Source: an uncultured Phocaeicola sp. (GTDB taxonomy: Bacteria; Bacteroidota; Bacteroidia; Bacteroidales; Bacteroidaceae). Taken from it: a stretch of DNA of 64,000 bases. The first letter of the stretch is position 1; every line of letters starts with the position of its first letter. A program made the translations under genes and the position numbers. Under the pieces are notes generated by a model. The model did not search any database and was not told the DNA's origin. It saw only the letters and a list, made by a program, of their open reading frames with translations. The stretch is taken from assembly GCA_944320855.1 (NCBI GenBank), contig CALUJF010000006.1:17399-81398 (forward strand), written 5' to 3'. Shown piece after piece: positions 36,511 through 45,300 of the stretch.

Positions 36511-36576
36511 TGACACGTACGTGTTCCGCCCGCGTCACGAACGTGTTCCGCCCGTTACACGTACGTGTTACGGTTT
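36511..36576. repeat. tandem direct repeat, 3 units of 22 bp containing the palindrome ACACGTACGTGT
   Basis: Units are tgacacgtacgtgttccgcccg (36511-36532), cgtcacgaacgtgttccgcccg (36533-36554) and ttacacgtacgtgttacggttt (36555-36576). The array lies between the convergent oxyR and ATPase genes. Confidence 0.9.
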
Positions 36577-36641
36577 CTGTGTCGAGGAATTTCACTAAAG
36601 GTTTAAGTTCATCTTGGGATAAAAATCCTGAAAACCTCCAT

Positions 36642-37961
36642 TTACATATCATCCATTGACAGCCCTTCATAGGAGATTTTATACCCTTTGAACTCACCTG
36701 TGGCGCGCAAAAAGGCTTGTACCTTATGTTTAAGCATCTCTATATCAATGTTTACTGCCTTGTGTTTCACCTCGAAGAATGTGGCTTCTTCGTTCAACTC
36801 ATTCTCAACCACGATATCGATTTCATTCTCGCCCTTGCGATCCCACCAACCTCCGATGCGTGTGTAGGCTTGACGCTCTATCAGTACACGTCTGAAATAG
36901 CGTTCAAGCATCAGGCCGCTGAATGTCTCGTAGTCACGGTTGATAATCGTCTTCATGCTTTCGTAGTTTTCTATTTCCAACATATAACTGTACTTGTAGA
37001 TAAAGCGGAACCAGAAAGTGAAGAAGTTGTCTTCTATCGTATAGCGTACATTCTTGGTGGAACTTTTTTCGAAAAGGGGCTGCTTCTTGGCAATCACTTC
37101 GTACTCATTTTCCAGTTTGGTCAGGTAGCCGCCGATTTCCCTGCCTACCACGTTCTCTATTTCCGAACGGGAGGTCTTGCCTCTCGCTATGGCCGACAAA
37201 ATTGAGAAATACACCCCATAATCCTTGCCGAACTCCTCGATAAGGATAGCTTTCCCTTCTCCTAAGAAGATGGAGTCGGCCTTTATGATGTGGTCAAGCA
37301 TGGCAGACTTGGTCGTAGCCCCTGAATCCACAAGCAATTGTACATACTTGGCTACTCCGCCTGTGAACGAATACAGGGCAAGCAGGTCTTCTGCCGTGTG
37401 GTCAGGATAGTATTCCGTGAGGATTTCCTTAAGCACCGCCGGAGTGAACGGACGCACGGTCATAAAACGTGTCTGCCTGTTATACAGTGGTTCCTTCCTG
37501 TCCTTGAATATCTTCGTCATCATGGAGTATATCGAGCCGCAGACGACAAGGTTCATACGGGCTTTCGTGCTATATAAGTCCCAGATGCGCTGCATGTCAC
37601 TGTACACTGATTTGTTCACTCGGAAGAACTCCTGAAACTCGTCAATGAACAGCGTGATGGGACGCTCCGTGGAAAGTTTCATCAGGAATTCGAACACATC
37701 GGCGAAATGTTCCGCCCGTCCCATTGTCGGGATTCCTAATTTCTCTTCTATTTCAAGCCTATAATCTTCGCACAAGTCACCTTCGGCTTTTCGGGCAACG
37801 AAGAAATATAGGATAGGTTCATCCTCGTATGCCTTCCATACGAGAGAGGTCTTGCCAATACGGCGACGTCCTGTCACTACCGTGAACTGGGCGTTGTCTT
37901 TTGACATCCGTCGAATCTCACGCAAGGATGCTATTTCTTTTGTCCTGTCAAAAAATCTCAT
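36642..37961 (-). CDS. AAA-type ATPase (archaeal-ATPase/PF01637-like) with a DUF234-like C-terminal domain
   Basis: 439 aa. The N-terminal FFDRTKEI..FTVVTGRRRIGKTSLV is a Walker A, and LFIDEFQEF is a Walker B. The C-terminal GGWWDRKGENEIDIVVENE..ATFFEVKHK has an (E/D)..D-x(n)-E-x-K-type nuclease-fold pattern typical of DUF234 as I recall it. Confidence 0.8.
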   Translation of the reverse strand: MRFFDRTKEIASLREIRRMSKDNAQFTVVTGRRRIGKTSLVWKAYEDEPILYFFVARKAEGDLCEDYRLEIEEKLGIPTMGRAEHFADVFEFLMKLSTERPITLFIDEFQEFFRVNKSVYSDMQRIWDLYSTKARMNLVVCGSIYSMMTKIFKDRKEPLYNRQTRFMTVRPFTPAVLKEILTEYYPDHTAEDLLALYSFTGGVAKYVQLLVDSGATTKSAMLDHIIKADSIFLGEGKAILIEEFGKDYGVYFSILSAIARGKTSRSEIENVVGREIGGYLTKLENEYEVIAKKQPLFEKSSTKNVRYTIEDNFFTFWFRFIYKYSYMLEIENYESMKTIINRDYETFSGLMLERYFRRVLIERQAYTRIGGWWDRKGENEIDIVVENELNEEATFFEVKHKAVNIDIEMLKHKVQAFLRATGEFKGYKISYEGLSMDDM

Positions 37962-37983
37962 ATCATTTGTTCTTTTTTTATTC

Positions 37984-38001
37984 CCGAAACACCTGTTTCG
38001 G
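37984..38001. promoter_or_regulatory. 18-bp palindrome CCGAAACA-cc-TGTTTCGG, 23 bp upstream of the ATPase start codon
   Basis: Perfect 8-bp inverted arms at 37984-37991 and 37994-38001. A third TGTTTCG half-site lies at 38009-38015. Confidence 0.3.
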
Positions 38002-38219
38002 AAATGACTGTTTCGCTACTGCAAAGATAATATGTTTTTCCATAAATAGAGATGATTTGCTTATTTTTAAGGGAGAAACAGTGATTAAACACTGCTTTAT
38101 ACTAATAAATCAAATTACACTACGGGATAGAAACTCCGCTTTCGTTATGCATAAGCAGTAGAAATTCTCTTGACATCCTCTTTTAATAAAAAATATTAGG
38201 ATAATTTGATACCATTTTA

Positions 38220-38227
38220 TATTTTTG
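38220..38227 (+). promoter_or_regulatory. candidate -7 promoter box (TAttTTTG) for the phosphoglucomutase gene
   Basis: Exact TAnnTTTG match 42 nt upstream of the ATG at 38269. Confidence 0.4.
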
Positions 38228-38268
38228 TGGATAATTAATCATATAATCATTTTAAATAACAATTAATC

Positions 38269-40014
38269 ATGGGAAACGAAGAATTAATTAAGCTTTGCAT
38301 TGAAAAGGCACAGAAATGGTTGACGCCTGCATACGATGCGGAAACTCAGGCGGAAGTAAAACGTATGATAGAAAACGAAGACAAGACTGACTTGATTGAA
38401 GCTTTCTATAAAGACCTTGAATTCGGTACAGGCGGTTTGCGCGGTATCATGGGTGTAGGTTCAAACCGTATGAACATCTATACTGTAGGTGCTGCCACTC
38501 AGGGCTTGTCAAACTATCTTAACAAATGCTTTGCAGGCAAGAAAGATATCTCTGTAGTTGTTGGTCACGACTGCCGTAACAACAGCCGTCTGTTTGCTGA
38601 AATCTCTGCAAACATCTTCTCTGCAAACGGTATCAAGGTATATCTTTTCGACGATATGCGTCCTACTCCTGAAATGTCATTCGCTATCCGTCACCTTGGC
38701 TGCCAGAGCGGTATCATCCTTACTGCTTCACACAATCCTAAGGAATACAACGGCTACAAGGCATACTGGGATGATGGTGCACAGGTACTTGCTCCACACG
38801 ACAAGGGTATCATCGACGAAGTGAACAAGATTGCTTCTGCTGCTGATATCAAGTTCGAAGGCAACAAGGATCTTATCCAGATTATCGGTAAGGATGTAGA
38901 TGATGTTTATTTGGAGAAAGTTCACTCAATTTCTATCGATCCTGAAGTTATCAAACGTCAGAAAGACCTCAAGATTGTATATACTCCTATCCACGGAACA
39001 GGTATGATGCTTATCCCTCAGGCTCTTAAGATGTGGGGATTCGAAAATGTTCACTGCGTGCCTGAACAGATGGTAAAGAGTGGTGATTTCCCGACTGTAA
39101 TCTCTCCAAACCCTGAAAATGCTGAGGCTCTTACACTTGCTATCAACCTTGCAAAGAGCATCGATGCCGATATCGTTATGGCTTCCGACCCAGATGCTGA
39201 CCGTGTTGGTATGGCTTGCAAGAACAGCGAAGGCGAATGGGTACTTATCAACGGTAACCAGACTTGCTTGATTTTCTTGTACTACATCATCAAGAACCGT
39301 ATCGCTATGGGTAAGATGAAGGGTAATGAATTCGTTGTGAAGACTATCGTTACTACTGAACTTATCAAGGCTGTGGCTGACAAGAACAATATCGAAATGT
39401 ACGACTGCTACACTGGTTTCAAATGGATTGCACGTCAGATTCGCCTGAACGAAGGTATCAAGCAGTACATCGGTGGTGGTGAAGAAAGCTACGGATTCCT
39501 TGCTGAAGATTTCGTTCGCGATAAAGATGCTGTTTCTGCTTGTACTCTTCTTGCTGAAATCTGTGCTTGGGCTAAAGACCAGGGCAAGACATTGTATGAT
39601 GTATTGATGGATATCTATGTAGAATACGGTTTCTCTAAGGAAGTGACTGTTAACGTAACTAAACCGGGTAAGAGTGGTGCTGACGAAATCAAGGCTATGA
39701 TGGACAACTTCCGTGCATGTCCTCCAAAGGAACTTGGCGGTTCTAAGGTTGCTCTTGTTAAGGACTATAAGACTCTTAAGGCTACAGACGGCAACGGTAA
39801 TGTAACTGACATCGATATGCCGGAACCATCTAACGTACTTCAGTTCTTCACAGAAGACGGAACTAAGATTTCTGTACGTCCTTCAGGTACAGAACCTAAG
39901 ATTAAGTTCTACATGGAAATCAAGGGCGAAATGGCATGTCCTAAGTGCTACGCCGGAGCATGCGCTGATGCTGAAGAAAAGATTGAAGCTGTCAAAAAAT
40001 CTCTTGGTATCTGA
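38269..40014 (+). CDS. pgm: phosphoglucomutase/phosphomannomutase (alpha-D-phosphohexomutase family)
   Basis: 581 aa with the catalytic loop TASHNPKEYNGYK, the metal loop DPDADR, the sugar loop GGEESYG and the phosphate-binding RPSGTEPK. Confidence 0.9.
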   Translation: MGNEELIKLCIEKAQKWLTPAYDAETQAEVKRMIENEDKTDLIEAFYKDLEFGTGGLRGIMGVGSNRMNIYTVGAATQGLSNYLNKCFAGKKDISVVVGHDCRNNSRLFAEISANIFSANGIKVYLFDDMRPTPEMSFAIRHLGCQSGIILTASHNPKEYNGYKAYWDDGAQVLAPHDKGIIDEVNKIASAADIKFEGNKDLIQIIGKDVDDVYLEKVHSISIDPEVIKRQKDLKIVYTPIHGTGMMLIPQALKMWGFENVHCVPEQMVKSGDFPTVISPNPENAEALTLAINLAKSIDADIVMASDPDADRVGMACKNSEGEWVLINGNQTCLIFLYYIIKNRIAMGKMKGNEFVVKTIVTTELIKAVADKNNIEMYDCYTGFKWIARQIRLNEGIKQYIGGGEESYGFLAEDFVRDKDAVSACTLLAEICAWAKDQGKTLYDVLMDIYVEYGFSKEVTVNVTKPGKSGADEIKAMMDNFRACPPKELGGSKVALVKDYKTLKATDGNGNVTDIDMPEPSNVLQFFTEDGTKISVRPSGTEPKIKFYMEIKGEMACPKCYAGACADAEEKIEAVKKSLGI

Positions 40015-40039
40015 TAAATTTAGTAATCAGTTAAATGGC

Positions 40040-40072
40040 TTTTAAACACCGTTTAAATACTGTTTAAACAGT
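40040..40072. repeat. three 11-bp phased units (T/G)TTTAAA-NNNN
   Basis: Units are ttttaaacacc, gtttaaatact and gtttaaacagt. The middle unit is identical to a unit of the array at 55098-55141. Confidence 0.85.
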
Positions 40073-40090
40073 GCTCGAATATTACTCAGA

Positions 40091-40145
40091 CTGCATCGGA
40101 TGATGATTGTGATAACAATATCATCCGGTGCAGTTTATTTTTTGT
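40091..40145 (+). terminator. rho-independent terminator after the phosphoglucomutase gene
   Basis: The 14-bp stem ctgcatcggatgat (40091-40104) pairs with atcatccggtgcag (40120-40133), with one G-T position, and is followed by tttattttttg. Confidence 0.7.
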
Positions 40146-40188
40146 TAAAATCCTAATAACCATAAGTCTATGAGTGTGGAAAATACAT

Positions 40189-40196
40189 TACCTTTG
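40189..40196 (+). promoter_or_regulatory. candidate -7 promoter box (TAccTTTG) for the MATE gene
   Basis: Exact TAnnTTTG match 26 nt upstream of the ATG at 40222. It lies inside the longer ORF-track call, which argues for the downstream start. Confidence 0.45.
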
Positions 40197-40221
40197 CATC
40201 CCGGTAAAAAGTACAGGATAT

Positions 40222-41589
40222 ATGGCAAAGTCTAAAGAGATGACATCAGGGGCTCCTCTGCCTCTAATATTGAATTTCACAGTTCCTCTTTTATTGGGAA
40301 ATCTGCTTCAGCAGACATATTCGTTTGTCGATGCTGCCATCGTGGGTAAGTTTCTTGGTATCAATGCACTGGCATCTGTAGGTGCAAGTACGTCTGTTGT
40401 GTCTCTTATCCTTGGTTTCTGCAACGGATGTTGTGGTGGTTTCGGTATTCCTGTAGCTCAGAAATTCGGGGCACGCGATTATGTCACTATGCGCAGGTTT
40501 GTGTCAGTCAGTCTGAAACTTGCAGGAGTAATGTCTGTTGCCATAGCTATTGTTACGAGTCTGCTTTGTGCCTATATCTTGAAATGGATGCAGACACCTG
40601 ATAATATCATGGAGGATGCGTATCTTTATCTATTGGTTACTTTTATCGGAATTCCGTGTACTTTCTATTACAATCTTCTTTCCAGCATCATACGTGCATT
40701 GGGAGACAGTAAGACTCCGTTCTGGTTCCTTCTTATATCTACTGTACTGAATATTGTTCTCGATTTGGTATGTATCCTTGTGTTGGGGTGGGGTGTTGCC
40801 GGTGCAGCCATAGCCACGGTAGTTTCGCAGGGAGTATCGGCACTGATGTGCTATAAGTATATGTACCGCAAATTCGATATTCTTAAGACTACTCCGGCCG
40901 ACAGACGTTTCCGACCGGAACTGGCAAAGCAGTTGCTCTACATAGGTGCACCTATGGGACTTCAGTTCTCCATAACAGCCATCGGCAGTATAATGCTTCA
41001 GAGTTCCAACAATGCTTTGGGTACGGCATGTGTGGCGGCATTTACTGCAGCTATGAGGATAAAGATGTTCTTCCTGTGTATGCTCGAAAGTCTTGGTATG
41101 GCGATGGCAACGTACAGCGGACAGAACTACGGAGCAGGAAAACCGGAGAGAATATGGCAGGGCGTGAAGGCTGCCATGATGCTTACGGTGGCTTATGTGG
41201 TAATGGTAAACTTAGTTTTGTGGAATTTCTCTGAGGAGATAGCGATGCTGTTTGTCGATGCCTCTGAAACAGAAGTATTGGCCGACACAGCATTGTTTCT
41301 GCATGTATCGGCTTCATTCTTCATATTTTTGGGTATGGTATGTATATTCAGATATACTATTCAGGGAGCAGGTTATACCCAGCTTTCCATGCTTTCCGGT
41401 GTGGCAGAGATGATAGCACGTATATTGGTGAGTGTGGTAGCAGTTCCTATGTGGGGATACTGGGCAGTCTGCTTCGGTGACCCTGTGGCATGGATGTTTG
41501 CTGTGGCCTTTCTTCTTCCTGCATTCAGATATGTCTATCGCAGGTTATGCCATATCGTGGAGAAAGAGAAAGCTCTGCATACCGCATGA
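40222..41589 (+). CDS. MATE-family efflux transporter
   Basis: I prefer the start at MAKSKEMTSGAPLPLILNFTVPLLLGNLLQQTYSFVDAAIVGKFLG, a typical MATE N-terminus. The protein has 12 predicted hydrophobic segments. Confidence 0.9.
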   Translation: MAKSKEMTSGAPLPLILNFTVPLLLGNLLQQTYSFVDAAIVGKFLGINALASVGASTSVVSLILGFCNGCCGGFGIPVAQKFGARDYVTMRRFVSVSLKLAGVMSVAIAIVTSLLCAYILKWMQTPDNIMEDAYLYLLVTFIGIPCTFYYNLLSSIIRALGDSKTPFWFLLISTVLNIVLDLVCILVLGWGVAGAAIATVVSQGVSALMCYKYMYRKFDILKTTPADRRFRPELAKQLLYIGAPMGLQFSITAIGSIMLQSSNNALGTACVAAFTAAMRIKMFFLCMLESLGMAMATYSGQNYGAGKPERIWQGVKAAMMLTVAYVVMVNLVLWNFSEEIAMLFVDASETEVLADTALFLHVSASFFIFLGMVCIFRYTIQGAGYTQLSMLSGVAEMIARILVSVVAVPMWGYWAVCFGDPVAWMFAVAFLLPAFRYVYRRLCHIVEKEKALHTA

Positions 41590-41590
41590 T

Positions 41591-42331
41591 TTAGTTTTTC
41601 ACTTTCATCCTTTTCCAGATACATCTCGGAATTAGTTTCCAGAAGAATACTAAGATGCTGTATTTCCAGTCTATTATGGCTACCCGTTTATTTCTCCTTA
41701 AGGCTTTTACTATCAGTTTAGCTGCATATGGTGCTTTCATCAGCATAGGATAGTTCTTGCCGTCGTTAAGCAGGTTTGTAGCAACGAACCCGGGACGTAT
41801 GTCGGTGAAACGGATATTCAGTTTCTGCATTCCGGCAAGCTGCTCGAGTGCATCTATATATGTGTTCTGGAATCTCTTTGTTGCAGAATAGGCTGGTGCT
41901 ATTCCCAATCCCTTTGTACCGGCTATTGAGCTAATCACAGCTATGTGTCCTTTGCCTTTCTCCTTGAAATATCTGAAGGCAGTGCCTACTAATCTGGTAA
42001 ATCCTGTTCCGTTTGTTTCAAGTGTATTCAGCTCTATATCTGCATCAAGTCTGGCATTCTGATATCCTATGCCCGAACTGTGGAAGTACATGTCCATACC
42101 GCCGAGCTCGTCAATCAGAGCGAGGAGCGCCTTGTCAGAATTGCTGTCCTTTACGTCTATAGCCTTTATGCATACCTGTTCGGGAAATTCCGATTGTAGC
42201 ATTCTTAAATTCTCTTCTCTGCGGCCTGCCAGTCCAAGCTTCCAGCCATCTGAAAGCAGAAGTCGTGCCACCTCATATCCTAAGCCGGAAGTGGCTCCCA
42301 TTATCACTGCGCGTTTCGTATTGTTTGTCAT
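41591..42331 (-). CDS. short-chain dehydrogenase/reductase (SDR) family oxidoreductase
   Basis: The TGxxxGxG-type motif is GATSGLGYE and the catalytic motif is YSATK. It is 246 aa. Confidence 0.9.
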   Translation of the reverse strand: MTNNTKRAVIMGATSGLGYEVARLLLSDGWKLGLAGRREENLRMLQSEFPEQVCIKAIDVKDSNSDKALLALIDELGGMDMYFHSSGIGYQNARLDADIELNTLETNGTGFTRLVGTAFRYFKEKGKGHIAVISSIAGTKGLGIAPAYSATKRFQNTYIDALEQLAGMQKLNIRFTDIRPGFVATNLLNDGKNYPMLMKAPYAAKLIVKALRRNKRVAIIDWKYSILVFFWKLIPRCIWKRMKVKN

Positions 42332-42340
42332 TGCTGTTCT

Positions 42341-45300
42341 TTATCTGTTTGATTTGATTTCGTAAATAAACTCCTTGTATTCAGGGATATTACCATTCTT
42401 TCCCAGATAATATCTTGATATCATTGGCATCTGCTCATTTAGGTTGATGAACTCCTTTCCCAAGTGGCTGCAGAAAGCCATATACGCATTCCTGTTTGCC
42501 ATATTTCCCGCATCATCCCTGTAAATGGTGATATAGTGGTTCGTAGGACGTGCATGCACAAGTTGGTTTATGTGCATTGCGAGATGCCTTGCTTCAAGCG
42601 GAGATATACTTCCCATAATGTTCGACATATTGAAAATCACAAGCTCCGGAAGTATGGAATGTGATTTCCAGAATCCGTCGCTTACAGCCGTGATGCGTGG
42701 ATACAGACTCCATTTCACATGTCTGTAGCTTTCGGATGTCAGGAATCTCTCGCTTGCCTGTCCCATTTCTTCCGTAGGGTATATTCCCAAGTAATATATA
42801 TCCGTATGATTCAGCTGTCTGCACAGGTCGATGAATGCCAGTCCCGATGCAGCAGATTCGTATGATATATCGCAGAATACCACTCTGCCAGATACATTGC
42901 GTATGGCTTCCCTCAGCCAGTTTCCGCAATCCTCGTACATAGCCATTGCAGCCGAGTATTGTTTCCTCATTTCGTGGAAGTTGAACAGTAGGGTATAGTC
43001 GTCGGCTTTCAGTCCGTGCAGAGAGTTGAAATCCGTTCTTCCGTACGAAATCACTTCTTTGGCACGGGCGATATCCATTCCTGACATAGAGGTACTTTCG
43101 GAATATTGCTTTTCTATTATATCCCTGAAAGCCTGTTCAAATTCCGGTTTTATGGAATACGATTTCTCGTCCGTTTCCCAGTTCGTATCATACGAGGGTA
43201 TTCTGAAGTTACCTTTGCAGAAATCTTCCGTATCAGTTTCTATAAATCCGTTGTTCATGCGGATATATTCCATCAGCTTGTAGAATGTGATACTTGCGTT
43301 GAGAACCAGCGGATTACCTGTAAGTATCATCTGCTTTCTTGCGCGTGTGATGGCTACATTCAGTTTGCGGTCGATGATGGCATCTTCCTCTCTGAATGTA
43401 TTCGATGTCAGGAAGTTAAGCTGGCTGCTGTTCCTTACGGTGAATGAATATATAATGATATCCCTCTGGCTTCCCTGATATCTTTCTACAGTGTCGATGG
43501 AGATATTCATCAGTTCCGGAATGCCGAGAGATGAGATCTCCTTCCTTATCATTGCTATCTGGTTGCGGTAAGGCACAATGATTCCTACCGTCTTGTCTGC
43601 ATCGAAACAGTTCTCCGTCAGACCGTAGATTCTTTTCAGCAATGCCGCTATGATTCTTGCCTCGTTAATGTTTGCCTTGTCCGAAGATGCGGATATGTTT
43701 TCCGGGGTAGGAGCAGTGATGAAAACCATTCTCCTTGAAGTGAGAAGCTTTTCTATCATGTCCGGATTTTCCGGTATGTCGGCATACGGCAATTCCTCTT
43801 TCTGATGAGGTAGAGGTACACATTCCAGACACTCACGGCTGTAGAATGTGGTGTTCGGGAATTCAGCTATGGCCGGGTGCATTCGTCCCTGTTTCCTCAG
43901 TACGCTTTTAGCCCTTTCATCACTCTGCCTGTACAGTCTTTCGAACAGTGAGTTTCTGCAGTCATACAGTCCTATAACGTTCAGAAGCGGGTCTGTTACC
44001 TTGGCACATTCCGCATTCTGGAGTGCGATGGCAGGCAGCTGTTTGTAATCGCCTATAAGCACAAACTTGTCTATCGCATTGTTGTTGCCACTTCTTGCGG
44101 ATAGTATTCCTATCAGGTCCGGTTCAAGAATCTGTGAGGCCTCATCTATTATTGCCATATCGAAGTGCTTTATGTCAAACAGATTAAGCCTGTTGTTTAT
44201 GGAAGTAGTCGTTCCAACGAATATCCTTGTGTCCGAAATCTTCTTTTTGATGTCAGCAAGTTTCGGACAGTCTTCCAACTGTTTTTTCAGCAGGAACGGT
44301 TCGAATCTTCTGTCGCACGACATTTCATGCCCTATGCGGATGAAAGGCGTTTCGGATGCAATTCCCGAATCGACAAGCATACTGCAAATCTCGTCTACAG
44401 CCCTGTTGGTATACGATAATAGCAGCAGAGATGTATTCTTCTCCGAAAGAGCTTCTTCCACCATAAACCTCAGTGCGCACGAAGTCTTGCCCGTACCCGG
44501 AGGGCCGACAAGCAGGAAATAGTCCTCTGCCTGTTTCTCCTTTAGGATGATTTCATCAAAGCGTCCGTAACTGCCGTTCAGCTTTATTCCGTCATTGAAC
44601 GACGGCTCCCTGCTTCCTAAGAGAAGCTCTTTTCTGTCCGTGCGTGCCGACAGGAAAGAGAAAAGTCCTCTTATCCCGGCCGATGCCGAAACGTCCGATG
44701 AGTCATGTTCGATGGCAAAAGTTTCGTCATCGCCACCTATTATATCCTTGTTCTGCTGTCCGTTTCTTAGTATTATTGTAACACTGTCATGAGTGATTTC
44801 CGTAATGTTGCCTTTCATAAGAATCTCGTTTCTCACGTCAGGCTTATCAGTGTACGGATAGAATATTACTATATCTCCCTTTCTGAAATTAGGCAGAAAG
44901 TCTTCTCCCTGCACAGGTATGCTTAGTTCTATCAGGTCATACCCCTTGTTGGGCGAACTCTTGCGTTTGTCTTTTATTTTCAGACCGGTAAGAATGTTTC
45001 CGTTCTCTATTTTCTCTGCTAACGGAGTGTTCCATACCGAAGCGAAACCTCTGGATGAGTCGTCATTGCCTCCAGTGCGCGAGAGTACAGATTCCTTGCA
45101 TATGAAAGTAAAGAATCGCTGGAAATAAGCCTTTTCCAGTGGTGAGCAGTGTTTCAGAGTCTGAATGGTTTTATACAGTTCCGGCTCCTGATAGTCGGTC
45201 CAGAGCTTGTTGTGCACTTGCAGCTCGTTCAGCAAGTCAGTGTCTATTTCTTCCGTTACTTTCGAGATAGCCCCTTCGCTGAAGGCCATTTCGTTGCACA

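Noticed and set aside
36452-36697. 81-aa minus-strand ORF covering the 36511-36576 repeat array
   Set aside because: It overlaps the 3' ends of both oxyR and the ATPase gene and is built from the non-triplet repeat, so there is no support for coding.
38171-38176. E. coli-type TTGACA -35 hexamer upstream of pgm
   Set aside because: Bacteroidetes primary sigma factors use -33 TTTG / -7 TAnnTTTG elements. The TTGACA is probably coincidental, and a TAttTTTG box is present at 38220-38227.
40174-40221. Upstream GTG/ATG extension of the MATE ORF (MWKIHYLCIPVKSTGY...)
   Set aside because: The extension contains a TAccTTTG promoter box and lacks membrane-protein character. The start at 40222 gives a canonical MATE N-terminus.
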